Positions 13,625 through 27,399 are shown, counted from the stretch's first letter. The stretch is 64,000 nt of DNA from Octopus vulgaris (GCA_951406725.2 OX597831.1:74834001-74898000); one strand, 5' to 3'. Notes: generated by a model not told the origin, from the letters alone. Translations and numbers: made by a program.

Positions 13625-14752
13625 CATCTTCTGGTATGTATGTGCGTGTGTAGATGCATTTTCTCGTGAGCAAATACATTAACGCATGAACTGTTCCATT
13701 CATAAAACGTTCCACGTTCTCAGTTCTTCTCGTGTCCTATAGAATTTCACGTTCGCCATTCTTAACATATGTAAATCCATCATCGCTGTCTTTGCCTTCA
13801 CAATGCTTTTCTTTTTTTCTGGGTTTTATTTTTCTCCTCTTTTTCATCAGTTACCACATTGACTCTCCTACATTCACTGCTCATCTCAGATTCTTAATAA
13901 CGCCACATTCTGAACAGTTTATATGACACGTTGCGAGAATACTTCCAATGTCAAATTCTTTCAGATAATCTATCTATGAGTGTGTGTGTGTGTGTGTGTG
14001 TGTTGTTTGTATGTCCACTTGTATTTACAGACTAAAAGGTGAGCATTTTCACATGCACACACACACACACGTACAGGTTGTCTCTCACTCACACAATCCA
14101 CACAGTGCCACGCAAGTACGAACAGGCACACTCACACACACACACACACACACACACAATCCACATCATATCACACAGGTGCGCAGACTCGCACACACAC
14201 ACACACACACGCTCTCTCTTTCTCATATTCTCATTTATATTCCTATGAATATATATATAGAATCTGTAAACCAGAAGACAGACAGACAGACAGACAGACA
14301 GTCAGATATAGACCAGACCTTATGCAAAGAGGAAATATCATTGATGAATTCCGGAATTGCGATGAAACGACTTTGACAAACCTAACTGATTGATCGATTA
14401 ATCGAACGATTGATCAAGCTATCAATAATTAGTTAATTGTCTAATTTGTTGTGAAATTGACAAATAATAACAGAAGCAAAACGGAATCGGTCCATGTGTT
14501 TCTCAGCATAATGACCCTCCCAAAATATAACAAAATTTCTGAAATCATATATTAATAGTAAAATAGGTCAAAAGTAGAAAGTCCAGTTTTTAATTCGTTA
14601 GTAATTCTTTGTGTCAAGTTTATTTCACAAAAGAATATAAGTAGGTGGTAAGTTTTGGTTGGTCATTTCTTTAGTTGTTGTTGGTATTTAGGGTACTTCC
14701 GGTTTTCATTTGTAAGGTTGGTGTTATTAGTTAGGCATGTCATGGCTCTGTT

Positions 14753-14918
14753 CAGGGCCGGCCCTAGGGTTACTGACACCCTGGGCAAGCTGGACTTTGG
14801 CGCGTACAAGCTGATGGTCGAGGAAATTTCCTTGTCTTTGACACGCCCTCCTTCGCGCCCCCTAGCATATGGTGCCCCAGGCGACTGCCCGAATTGCCGG
14901 TACCTTCAGCCGGGCCTG
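14753..14918. mobile_element. hAT-type MITE
   Basis: Terminal inverted repeats CAGGGCCGGC / GCCGGGCCTG, 8-bp target duplication GCTCTGTT / GCTCTGTA and GC-rich GGCGCCCC-like internal motifs. Confidence 0.8.
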
Positions 14919-14984
14919 GCTCTGTAAGTATATAAAGTTGTTCTCTTGTGCTTTGATGTTCACCAAAGTATTTGAGTAAAGATT

Positions 14985-15352
14985 GTATGTTTATGTTTCT
15001 CTCCAGGAGTTCCTTGTTCTAGAAGCAATTGTCCTCATTGCAGGTAAAGCTATCTCACATGTAACATCAACAAAGTTTCTCAGCATTCATATTGATGAGT
15101 TCCTCAGTTTCAAAACACATAAAAGCAATTTATTAAAACAAAATTCCTGTACTTTTGGTATGTTAAATAGATTTTCTTACCTTCTTCCCGAAAATGTTAG
15201 AATCACTCTTTATTATTCTTTGATATACTCAAAATTCCCTTACTGTGTTGCTGCCTGGGGAAATTGCAAAGTTCGCTTACTCAACGATGCCGTTCATAAA
15301 TCATGGAAGACTCTCAAAATAAACAATCCTCAATCAAAATTAGATTCGTTTA
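14985..15352 (+). pseudogene. CR1/L2-group LINE ORF2 fragment (C-terminal to RT)
   Basis: KFLSIHIDEFLSFKTH...TLYYSLIYSKFPYCVAAWGN matches the K.LG..ID..L.W..H / LY.SL......Y....WG pattern. Confidence 0.7.
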
Positions 15353-15370
15353 ATAATGTGTGTGTGTGTT

Positions 15371-15432
<62 letters not shown>

Positions 15433-15436
<4 letters not shown>

Positions 15437-16035
15437 AAACAGCTGTTTTATGGTGAGCTTGCAGAGGGGAAGCGCTATCGGCGTAAACTTAAAAGAAAAA
15501 GTTTAAGGACTACTATGAAGTCACTTGGAATGGATCCAGAAGATATAGAAACCCTTGCTTCGGATCGAGTTGGATGTGGAGAAGAGTGAAACATTTGAAG
15601 GGGCCAGGATAACGCAAGTAAGACTCAAAAGAGATCCCAAGAAGAATGTAACGATCGAGAAGGTGAATGACAATGGCCTTTTTGTGTGCACAGTTTGTGA
15701 CAGACCATGCCTGTCTTTTGCTGGTCTCAAATCTCATTTGCGAACCCATGGAAAACGAACCTCCACCAACAATTTTGCCTATATGTCTGTGCACACCTCT
15801 GAATGCAGTGAATGGCAGAAGGTTTGCAAATCCAACGGAGGCCTCAGAAGATATGTTAAGATCCACAAAGAGCAGAATTTATCTGCAGCTCTTAGTGGTC
15901 CAAATCAGATACGCAATCTATGTGGGTGTCTTTTAAGAGCATTGTCTGGTTTAGAAAGCCACATCAGACGTCATGGTGGTGCTAAGGTGCAGGTACAGGA
16001 GGTGATCAAACTCTGCATAAAGACGCAACGAAAAT
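15433..16035 (+). mobile_element. RTE LINE 3' fragment with three C2H2-like fingers
   Basis: KQLFYGELAEGKR...ETLASDR (RTE C-terminus), then CTVCDRPCLSFAGLKSHLRTH plus two degenerate fingers. Begins directly after (GT)n. Confidence 0.75.
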
Positions 16036-16744
16036 TTTAGGAAAATAAAAATAAGAAATAAGTAGAAATTTTACCGGTGAGTGTGTTAAATTATAAGGCA
16101 CAAAAAGAAGAGGATGACTCGCCCCAGACACAACTAATTTCAAAGAAATCATTGAAAATCCCCCTTCTGTTGAACCAAACCCATTTATAAACTTTATTTT
16201 ATGAACCTACAGTATTTTTAACATTTGTAATATTTTATATTTCCAGACTTAAAGAGATTTATTTTTTTATATACGTTTTTGACCGCTTTGCTTGCATGCA
16301 AAGGATATTTCTTTTTTCTTTCTTTTTTTTTTTCATTATTATTGACCTTTTTATTTTTTTATTTTTTGACCTCCTATCAACTTGCCGAATTCAGCCAAGC
16401 TTCCAAAGGGCTTAATCCGATTTTTTATGCAATTTCTGGAAAAATGTCTTTGTAAGCTTTACTTATTGTAATTGATAAAAAATATTCGATGTAAACTGGA
16501 ATGATAAATTTATTTATTTATTTACTAGCATTATGACCCGTCGTTGCCGGGTCATAGTGCTAGTGCATGTATATATGTGTATATATATATGTGTACATAT
16601 TACATGTACATCTATATATATACATCTACACATAAAATACAAAATACAAAGTTATATATTGATATCGCTAGTGATAACATTACTCAAAATATATAACAGA
16701 CTGGAATTGTAGGCCCGTCTCTTGCAATTTCGATCAATTGTATC

Positions 16745-17191
16745 TTGTATAGAAGTGTGGCTACAATCCAGCCTACTTCTACTTCTGGGGAGACATTTTA
16801 AATTTTTATCCGGGACGTCCTACGTCCCAGATATAAAGGTAAAATTAAAATATTTCCACTTTGCAAGGTTCGAGTCGAGTACTCCCTTGCACGCTCCGTT
16901 GACTCTAACCTTGCTTCTATTGTGGCGAATTTACCGCCTCTGCTTAGATATCTTTCATAGTCGCACCAAGACACTTTTCGATGGTGCTTTCCTCCAGGTG
17001 TTCAAATCTTTTTTCTCTATATTGTATACTTTATAGACACTAGTCTTTTCTTTAATTTAATTTTTTATTTCGTTTGGTGGTGTTATCCTAGATTCACCGT
17101 CTTTGTCGGTGATCAATCCGAAATAGGTTTGCATTTCTTCCATTTTAATTTTAATGAGTTCGCGCCCGCCGACGGCTGCAGCGAAATTCAT
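16745..17191 (-). pseudogene. Decayed L1/Tx1-like ORF1, N-terminal half
   Basis: Manual translation MNFAAAVGG...KMEEMQTY...IEKCLGATM...RGGKFATIEARL...ILPLYLGRRTSRIKI*NVSPEVEVGWIVATLL aligns with the ORF1 at 18518-19215. Confidence 0.7.
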
Positions 17192-17949
17192 TTTTGGACT
17201 TTCTTCTATCGAAGGCATTCTAACAAAAATGCTTCCGTATAAACGGTGAAAATATTGTCAATTTCTCCCAACAGGGACATATTCAATTTTTAAATAATAA
17301 CCAAAGCTCCTTCTCCCAATGGGGGAGGGTTACAGTTTACAATTATTTAACAAATGCAACACAACAACGTTTCCCTTCTGAGGAACCAACAAACGTGATA
17401 ACAATAGTTAAACAGTAATAATAATAACAACAAACCGTACGGTGAATCAAAAAACAGTACGCAATTTCTAGCTATAGTCCTTTATGTATAATAAATAAAC
17501 CAACAGCATTGCTCGGTTGTGATTTTTTATTACCCACAAGGGGCCTACAAAGAGGGGACAATACAATCGGGGAACTTAAAAATAATAAAAGAGGATGAAA
17601 TAAGACGAAGAAAATTAAAAAATGAGTTATGAAAAGATATTACAATGCGGTGTAATGTCCACTCGATCCCCGAAATCGAGTGGTTACATTTCGTCAGTCC
17701 TTCCCATAATGGGTTTTTCAAAAATTACTACTGAATTCACAAAGTTCACAACACAAAAACTCCACAGAATTTCAAAAATACATTTCGCTAACAGAGATTT
17801 TTCCTCTTTTGGCACTTTTAAATTACAAACTTTACAACACAAAAAATTTCACAGAATTTCAAAAATTACCTTTCGATAACAGAATTTTTCTTTTTTGACT
17901 CCTTTTCCACAATTTTAGATATATTCTATTTCGTGCACCAGTGTGTCGT

Positions 17950-19215
17950 ATCTCTCCACGCGAGATGGACGATCTTTCAACCGACACTTCCAGTGATCCA
18001 CCACGTACTCTAGTCCTCGTGGACTAGAGCACCCGCCTCAAACTCGGTTCCCATCCTAACCCATGATGTTCTTCTTGTTCTCCCTATTATTTCGTCCATT
18101 TCAGGGCAGCCCCCGTATACTACCAGTGCTCCATAAAATCTGTACCCCCATTTTGAAACTCTGGTTTCTGTTGAGTGTTCCCTTGTCTTCCCTTTAGGAC
18201 TGGTTGCTTCTTTATTCTCTTCCCTTGGTTTCTCCCTTTCTCTCTTCTTACTTTCCTTATTTTCTTTTTCTTTCGGTCTGCTGTTTTTTCCTTTCTCCTG
18301 TCTCTGTTCTTTCTTGAGCTCGTTTTCTGTTCTTTCTCTACTTTGTGTCTTTTGTTCCTTTTCTGTTGTTTCTTTTTCTTTGTTTTCTTTCTCTTTCGGT
18401 GCGTTGTTTTTTCCATTCTCCTGTTCTTTTTTTTCCTCTCTCTGTTCTTCTTCTGTAATTTCTCCACTCTGTGTCTTATTTTGTTCTTTTTCTGATATTT
18501 CTTTATTCACTGTGAATTCATATAATGGGCACTCCGCCCTTATATGGACTCTTGCTCCACATAGGTAACAATTGGGTCTTCTTCCTTCTACAATTATGCC
18601 GATTGTCGTTCCGTTTTCCACTTCTATCTGGAAGGGGATTCTTTCTATGTCTTCTATTGTGGCCATAAGCCACATCTCGACACCGAATCCCGTTCACAAT
18701 ATTGGTTTCTATAATAGACCCCAGTTCTGGTTCGTCTTCAGTCGACCCTAGAATGGCTGTCACCAGCCATTCCGTTTTTATCTCCGGCGGTATATTTGGG
18801 ATCTTAATCCTTATGCCTCGTCTTCCTTTGTACGTGGGTAACATTATGAATTCTTCCGTTCTTAGGAGAGCGGAAGATAGCGAGGCCGCCTCTTCACTTG
18901 TGGCAAACCTCACCTCTACCGTACCATACTTCTTCCCTCTGCTTACCTCTGTCGCTTTATCCATTATGTCTCCAAGACACTTTTCTATATCTTCTTCCGA
19001 TATTCGTGCTATTTTCCTCGAGTTTCTATCCTGTATGTGATTGCTTTGTTGTTCCTCTCCTCCGTTGTTTCTGCTGGACGGATCAGCTTGACGCTTTCAC
19101 CCTCCCTTTTTATATATTGTTCGTATTTCTTCATTTCTTCCGTCTTAAATGTTACATCTTTTTTCACAAGCGATGCGCCATTTCTCGTTGCGGTAACCCT
19201 CGCATATGTCTCCAA
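17950..19215 (-). pseudogene. L1/Tx1-like ORF1 (gag-like, CCHC knuckle), frameshifted
   Basis: ORFs 19009-19215, 18518-18964 and 18010-18675 join into one protein with VEGRRPN-CYLCGARVHIRAEC (CX2CX4HX4C) and a K/E-rich tail. No ORF2 follows. Confidence 0.75.
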
Positions 19216-19694
19216 GACGGAGGGACGACGTTCTTTCTACAAAAAGTAACGACAAGCAGCGGCAAGCGCCTCGCGCGATTCGATGTTATGACGACTTTCT
19301 CTACAGTTTCCCAATTTTTCACACTCTTTCACACAAAGGACAACGTCTTGACACTCAGTGGAAGCAGCTGTTCGAGAAAACAAACATTACATACAGCCAA
19401 ACATCATATAGATACTTAATGCTAGCTAATTAGCAGATAATCTAATGTAAAAGCCGTGGTAAACGGTATGTGCACAGTTCCATCTGGACTATTCCATTTC
19501 TGCACTTAAATTTTATTTTTTATTTATTCCCATTCATGTGAAACCACTTATTCAAGTTCGTCATTGATGCAATTTTATACCAATTGCAATTTTTACTTAT
19601 ATTATACTTCAGTTTGATTTTAATTATTACTTACTACATATAATTCAATTGTTATTATTATTTTTATTGTTAAAGTGAAAGTATCTGACATAAA

Positions 19695-19912
19695 GTAGAA
19701 GACACTTGCCCAAGGTGCCACGCAGTGGGACTGAACCCGGAACCATGTGGTTCGTAAGCAAGCTACTTACCACACAGCCACTCCTGCGCCTAAACTCTTT
19801 AGTATTTCAAGATATTTTAATGTAACTTTGGTAAATATATCTGTTAAAATGAGATGTCAGTGATATTTTCATTTTTGCGCAATTTAGACGACAATTTATT
19901 CACCGCACCCTA
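19695..19912. mobile_element. SINE head fragment (minus strand) abutting a mariner-type terminal fragment
   Basis: 19695-19792 is the main SINE head. 19793-19912 matches 42404-42522 and ends TTCACCGCACCCT. Confidence 0.7.
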
Positions 19913-19962
19913 ACGCTAACCCTGTGTGTGTGTGTGTGTGTATGTCAATCTATATATATATG

Positions 19963-20189
<227 letters not shown>

Positions 20190-20200
20190 CATATACATAC

Positions 20201-20336
<136 letters not shown>

Positions 20337-21244
20337 TCTTTTTAATCCCAGATCACATAGATTGCGCAAATATGCGTAACTGTATGTCATCTCCCATAAA
20401 AATATTCGTCAAACCATTTTGAATTACTAACATCTGAAGACGACATCATCGCGCAATATAATCACCCAAATTCTAAAATAAAGAAAAAAAAAATGATCAA
20501 AAAATTTTATTCAGATAACGTGAATAAATAAAGAATCATTAATGTTTGTTGCCATATACCTAAAAAGCCAAACGAATGAACGGCTGAATGGCTGATACAA
20601 GAACATTTTGACTACATCAAAAAGTTTTGTATTATTAACGCTCTTAGTGGACTGTGTTTTGCTGGTAACGTATATCTCATTTAAATACAAAATTATCTTA
20701 TTATTTATACCGATTGATTGCAAACCGGTAAAAAGGGGAAACTATTTGATGTAATGTATGTAATTCCAGTTTAAAATACGATAAAATTTATATTATAGCT
20801 CGCGGTATCATATTTAATGGAAATATAATCACGGAAAACGAAATTAACTGCGTTATTCGTCCTGAGATATATGTTGGGGACGTACTGTGTTAAACGACAC
20901 AAAAATGTGTCAGAAGCAGACGAAAACCAGCCAGCAGTTGTGGCAGAAATTCTAGATGTGTATTTCTGCCTTTTTGTGTCTCATCAGTATCGGTGGTGCG
21001 CGTCGGCAAGATTTGTACTGTTTGGAAAATGTGACAGAAAAAGGGGATGGAGTATCCAACGTTTCAGACAAAGGGCTTTCTTCACGATTAAAGTGTCAGG
21101 AAGAAAACAGCATAAATAGCAGTTTTACATCGTCTGTGTTTGACCCAGCCACAGCACACACACACATATCTATATATAGATATATACATACATGCATATA
21201 TACATACACATGTATGCAAATATATATGTGTGTATGTATGTATG

Positions 21245-21312
<68 letters not shown>

Positions 21313-21426
21313 GCTGCATATATATATATAAAATAATAATATTAGGGAATATGATTCCAAACTTACGGGGAAAAATTCAATTTAGTAATACTAAATCAAA
21401 TTTCACAATATTTATATTTATAATTA

Positions 21427-21477
<51 letters not shown>

Positions 21478-21479
<2 letters not shown>

Positions 21480-21680
21480 CCTCGTGTGTGCCGTTGGCGT
21501 GTTTTTTTCCTCTGTCTTCCCTTCTCTGGATCTTTCCTTCTCCTATGTTTCCGACGGAGAGCTCTGCTCGAAACGTTCATCCCTCCTTCTTTCCTTCCTT
21601 CCTGTGCGTCCAATAATACTTTATTTGTTCCACGTCCTCGCGTTGTTGTGTTTTTTTGTGCTTTCTTGTTTAGATTAACT
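21478..21680 (+). mobile_element. (TA)n-flanked hammerhead element, family B (degenerate core)
   Basis: GTTT CCGACGG A GAGC TCT GCTC GAAA CG TT at 21547-21580. Homologous to 24122-24312, 54298-54373 and 60598-60803. Confidence 0.7.
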
Positions 21681-21753
21681 ATAGATATATATATATATAT
21701 ATATATATATCCATACATACATACATATACATGTATGTATATATATATATATA

Positions 21754-21806
<53 letters not shown>

Positions 21807-21860
21807 CATGTATATGTATGTATGGATATATATATATATATATATATATATCCATCATAC

Positions 21861-21922
<62 letters not shown>

Positions 21923-22134
21923 AAAAAATGAAGTTCGAAAATGCTGCTGTATTATACAATTTTTAATTTTTATATATACATTATAACATGTTTCAGTGAA
22001 ATGAACCTTATCAAAAAAAGTTATATATAAAAAAAAGTAGCTCATGCCGTCAAACACAAGAAATTCATTTATAATACACAATGGTCAGACATCCGGCTTC
22101 AGTCCCAGTTGATATATAGTTCATGTGTTGCATC

Positions 22135-22614
22135 TATAGGCAAGTGTCTTCTGCTATACGTGGCGATACGTATTCAATACAAAAAACAGATCAAAGTGGT
22201 GGAAAGCGGTCGATACAGAAGATTGGCCGAGCAGGAATTCATTTTTATAAGCCTTGTGACCCATGGTGGAGTTCGCTGGGTAGACGGAAACTGAAAGTAG
22301 CCTGTCGTATATATGTGGCATCTTGGGCAATATATAGCCCGGCCGACCAATGCCTTGTGAGTGGATTTGGTGTGAATATGTCGTACATGTGTGTCTGTGT
22401 TTGTTTTCCCCTAGCATTGCTTGACAACCGATGCTGGTGTGTTTACGTCCCCGTACCACTTAGCGGTTCGGCAAAAGAGACCGATAGAATAAGTACTGGG
22501 CTTACAAAGAATAAGTCCCGGGGTCGATTTGCTCGACTAAAGGCGGTGCTCTAGCATGGCCGCAGTCAAATGACTGAAACAAGTAAAAAGAGTAAAAAGA
22601 GAAAAGAGTAAAGA

Positions 22615-22616
<2 letters not shown>
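22135..22616 (+). mobile_element. Main-family SINE, rearranged
   Basis: Shuffled head segments and an intact 3' part ending in AAAAGAGT repeats. Confidence 0.75.
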
Positions 22617-22658
<42 letters not shown>

Positions 22659-24121
22659 ACTTCTTTTTAATCCCAGCAGTTGTGGCAAAAATTCTTAATG
22701 TGCATTTCTGCCCTTTTCGTGCCTCGTCAACAGCATATACCCGCTGGCAAAATCTGTCACTACGGATATAAGAAAATAGTATTTGAAAAACCATTGATGT
22801 TGCTATTAGTTGGCCGGTTGCATAAAAATTCGTTTTGTGCAACAGATGTAGTATTAGGTTCAAATAGCTATCTGTGCATCATACTCAATGCAACTCTATA
22901 AAAGACAAATTAACTGTGGGATTTGTCTAGAATTTGAGTTCTTTTTATCCCTGTGTTGTTTTGTATACTTATATATATATTATTTATATTGCGCTTAAAG
23001 TTTTGCATTCTTTTAAAATATGGAATAAAGCAGATGAATCAGAAAAGCGTTTATATTCTTAATCCTTTCGCTTGTTTAAGTCATTGGATTACGACCATTG
23101 TGGGGCACTGACCTGATTAAGTTGAACAAATCGACCCTGAATTTATTTTAAGTCTGGAACTTATTGTCTCGATTTCTTTTACCAAAACACAAACTGTCAA
23201 GCTTTGGTAAGGGACAAGTGCCAAGTCACCCACACACATACATGTTATACACACCCATGTATATATATATATGTATATGTATGTCTATATATATATATGT
23301 ATATAGATATATATATATATATCTATATACATATATATCACAAATACTGTAACTCAGAGTAACAGTCATTAGCTTTATTAATAAAGCATATTACTCTACT
23401 TCCGGTATTCGAGTACTATTTTTCCCTTTGTTTCACATTTATGAGCTTGTACACACACGCACGCACACACACACACACACACACACAAATATATATATAT
23501 AAACGATGAATAGCCTTCGCGTAAACCACAGGTTCGTTTTGTTCCTCTTACTTTATTATCATCTTATATCATCTCATAATAATGACCTTTATGACTCGTA
23601 TTACTACCTCAGTCAATCTAAATGTATATATTTGTCACTACCTGTCATAAAGAGCCCTTTTCTATTTGCAATATGCATTTTCGTTGATTTTTCATATTTT
23701 ACCCCTATATATATATATATATATATAAATGAAGTTAAGATTCCGTTGAATTAGGTACTTAAATTGAAGGACCTTGCTACGTCAGTATAATCCGCACACC
23801 CAAACAATGTTATTTGAATATCGAATATAAAGACCCCGTACAGGGGTCCTTCTACCTGATACTCCTGTCGTGTGTGCAGGCAACGCAGCCCAGCTGAGTG
23901 AAGATATCCGCTCTAGGTAATTCAGATGTGTACTTTTTACAGAGGTACTTTCTATAGTATTTCCGATGATCAGGTTCCAAGTTAGGTGAACAGAATGTAA
24001 ATGAATAATGAAGATGTACAGGTGTCAATTCATTATGGCTGTTTCAATTAAAGGAGTTGCCTGAAACACCCGTAGTGAATTGACACCAATACATCTTTGT
24101 TACTCCTTTATATATATAATA

Positions 24122-24312
24122 TGTGACCGCATGTGTATCGTTGGCGATTTTCTTCCTCCGTCTTCCCTTCTTTGGACTTTTTCTATATTTCTGATGAAGA
24201 GGCTCCGCTCGAAACGTGAAATCCTCTTTCTTTTCTTTCCTTTCCTGAGCGTCCAATAACACTGTGCTTGTTCCACGTCCTTGCGTTGTTATTTCTTCTT
24301 GCTTATTCATGC
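24122..24312 (+). mobile_element. Hammerhead element, family B
   Basis: ATTT CTGATGA A GAGGCTCCGCTC GAAA CG TG AAAT at 24187-24222. The core is intact but the triplet is GUG, probably non-cleaving. Confidence 0.7.
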
Positions 24313-24330
24313 TTGTGTGTGTGTGTGTGT

Positions 24331-25062
<732 letters not shown>

Positions 25063-25085
25063 ATACATATATATATATATATATA

Positions 25086-25308
25086 TACTCTTTTACTCTT
25101 TTACTTGTTTCAGTCATTTGACTGCGGCCATGCTGGAGCACCGCCTTTAGTCGAGCAAATCGACCCCAGGACTTATTCTTCGTAAACCCAGTACTTATTC
25201 TATTGGTCTCTTTTGCCGAACCGCTAAGTAACAGGGACATAAACACACCAGCATCGGTTGTCAAGCAATGCTAGGGGGACAAACACAGACACAAACATAT
25301 ACACACAC

Positions 25309-25339
<31 letters not shown>

Positions 25340-25498
25340 CGAAGGGCTTCTTTCAGTTTCCGTCTACCAAATCCACTCAAAAGGCATTGGTCGGCCCGAG
25401 GCCATAGCAGAAGACACTTGCCCAAGATGCCACGCAGTGGGACTGAACCCGGAACCATGTGGTTGGTTAGCAAGCTACTTACCACACAGCCACTCCTA
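25086..25498 (-). mobile_element. Main-family tRNA-derived SINE, near full length
   Basis: Reverse complement of the copy at 28028-28430. Confidence 0.9.
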
Positions 25499-25849
25499 TA
25501 TCATTACAGATACAGGGTGAAATATAACTAATTTAATAAAATCAGCCAATTTCACTTAGTAGTATTTCGGTATGGAAATGTCTGTGGAGACATATTTTTG
25601 TAGAAAAAGGAAATAGTAGTCCTTTGGCTGCTATTTCTAAAATTTTCTGTATGTGGTCAAGCAACTTGTTGCAAAAACCCTTATTGTTATAAATATATAT
25701 ATATATATATATATATAATCTTATAATTAAGGGCTAAAGAAGGTTATTCTAAAGCCAGTACACTGATTTATCCACTTATAATCCACTTGTTACAGGAAAA
25801 TTAAACTGAAAGCGGGCAACTAACCTTTAGAAAATTTAAATTTCGTTAT

Positions 25850-25911
25850 CTCTATATTGAATCAATTTCGGAATTAAATCCCTATAAAGGATACATTCTT
25901 CTTCAGTAGAG
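25850..25911 (-). ncRNA. Type I hammerhead ribozyme (copy 1)
   Basis: CTCTA CTGAAGA AGAAT...ATTCC GAAA TTGATTCAA TA TAGAG. One extra base at the foot of stem II relative to copy 2. Confidence 0.65.
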
Positions 25912-26334
25912 CTTATGAGGGAATATAAATAAAATACTCACATGTGATCATGGAAAAAGCAGAAGCTAAAAACACAACTACATTTAAGTACATCATATAT
26001 ATCTAAAAATAAAAATTCCTTGGTCAGTCTCAGAACAACGTGCTGACCTATCGCCGCTACGTATTGTAATGGTTACCGGTCCCCTTGTAACAAGCAGTGA
26101 GTTTACTACTAACAATATAGGATGAAGTCCCTTTCTCTACAGAAAAGGATTCCATCAAAAAGCGTGGCAGTATATTAAAAAAACCTTTACGGTTGAAGTA
26201 TAAACATCTTATAATTAAGGGCTTAAAGAAGGTTATTCTAAAGCCAATACACTGATTTATCCACTTATAATCCACTTGTTACAGGAAAATTAAACTGAAA
26301 GCGGGCAACTAATAGAAAATTTAAATTTCGTTAT

Positions 26335-26395
26335 CTCTATATTGAATCAATTTCGAATTAAATCCCTATAAAGGATACATTCTTCTTCAGTAGAG
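26335..26395 (-). ncRNA. Type I hammerhead ribozyme (copy 2)
   Basis: CTCTA CTGAAGA A GAAT...ATTC GAAA TTGATTCAA TA TAGAG. 5-bp stem I, stem II GAAT/ATTC, stem III ATTG/CAAT and AUA triplet. Confidence 0.75.
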
Positions 26396-26448
26396 CTTAT
26401 GAGGGAATATAAATAAAATACTCACATGTGATCATGGAAAAGCAGAAG

Positions 26449-26487
<39 letters not shown>

Positions 26488-26521
26488 ATTTATTTATTAT
26501 ATATATATATATATATATATA

Positions 26522-27270
26522 TAGTGCCGGTGGCACGTGAAAAACAATATCCGAGCCTGGCCGTCGCCAGTACTGCCTGACTGGCCTTCGTGCCGATGGC
26601 ACATAAAAACACCCACTACACTCTCGGAGTGGTTGGCATAGGAAGGGCATCCAGCTGTAGAAACTCTGCCAGATTAAGATTGGAGCCTGGTGCAGCCATC
26701 TGGTTTGCCAGTCTTCAGTCAAACCGTCCAACCCATGCCAGCATGGAAAGCGGACGTTAACCATCAAAACCTCCAACCCATGCCAACAGGAAAAACGATG
26801 TTAAATGATGATGACATCGTTTTTCCTGTTGGCATGGGTTGGATTTTTTGACTGGAGCTGGGACGGCTAGGGAGCACACCAGGTTCCATAACCTGTTTTG
26901 GGTTGGTGTCTACGGCTGGATGCCCTTCCTAACACCAACTACTCCACAGTGGCACAGCACCAGTCTCAATTCTGCTGTGGAGAACAGGTCTTCTTGAGTA
27001 CAGCAATGCACCAGATATCTCGGTCCTTAGTCATCTTTTTAGTAAGGTCTAAGGTCTTCAAATCGGCCTTCAATATGTTGTCCCGTGTCTTTCTGGGTCT
27101 CCCTCTTCCACCAAGCCAGCACAGTCTTCTCTCTTGCACACTGCATCTAACTCCTCTTCCGCCTTTTTTCCCCAAAACACTAGCGCTCTGTCACACATGT
27201 ACACTGCCATCACACATCCGGCAGATCATTCTAGCTTCATTACTTTCTAGCCTTCACACGCCTTCTGTAT
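26522..27270. mobile_element. Two RTE-type LINE 3' ends, tail to tail
   Basis: A plus-strand 3'UTR at 26522-26813 and a minus-strand copy at 26814-27270 encoding QERRLCW...GRGRPRKT...ADLKTLDLTKKMTKDR. Same family as 58955-60425. Confidence 0.75.
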
Positions 27271-27339
27271 ACAGGGCACACATCTCACTATCATGCACAC
27301 ACTCACATACACACACATATATTTGTGTGTACACACACA

Positions 27340-27399
<60 letters not shown>

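Larger units (their letters stand above)
25718..26448 (-). mobile_element. Retrozyme-like element: direct repeats of about 245 bp, each with a hammerhead, flanked by (TA)n
   Basis: 25718-25963 is repeated at 26206-26448 (period 488), with hammerheads at 25850-25911 and 26335-26395. Confidence 0.7.

Noticed and set aside
14320-14382. 63-bp minus-strand exon candidate
   Set aside because: Its acceptor side matches the palindromic element at 45661-46066, so it is more likely repeat-derived.
19907-19924. Telomere
   Set aside because: Only two or three degenerate TAACCC units, located interstitially.
26057-26275. 72-aa ORF inside the retrozyme-like element
   Set aside because: No recognisable motif, an expected length by chance, and a non-ATG start.
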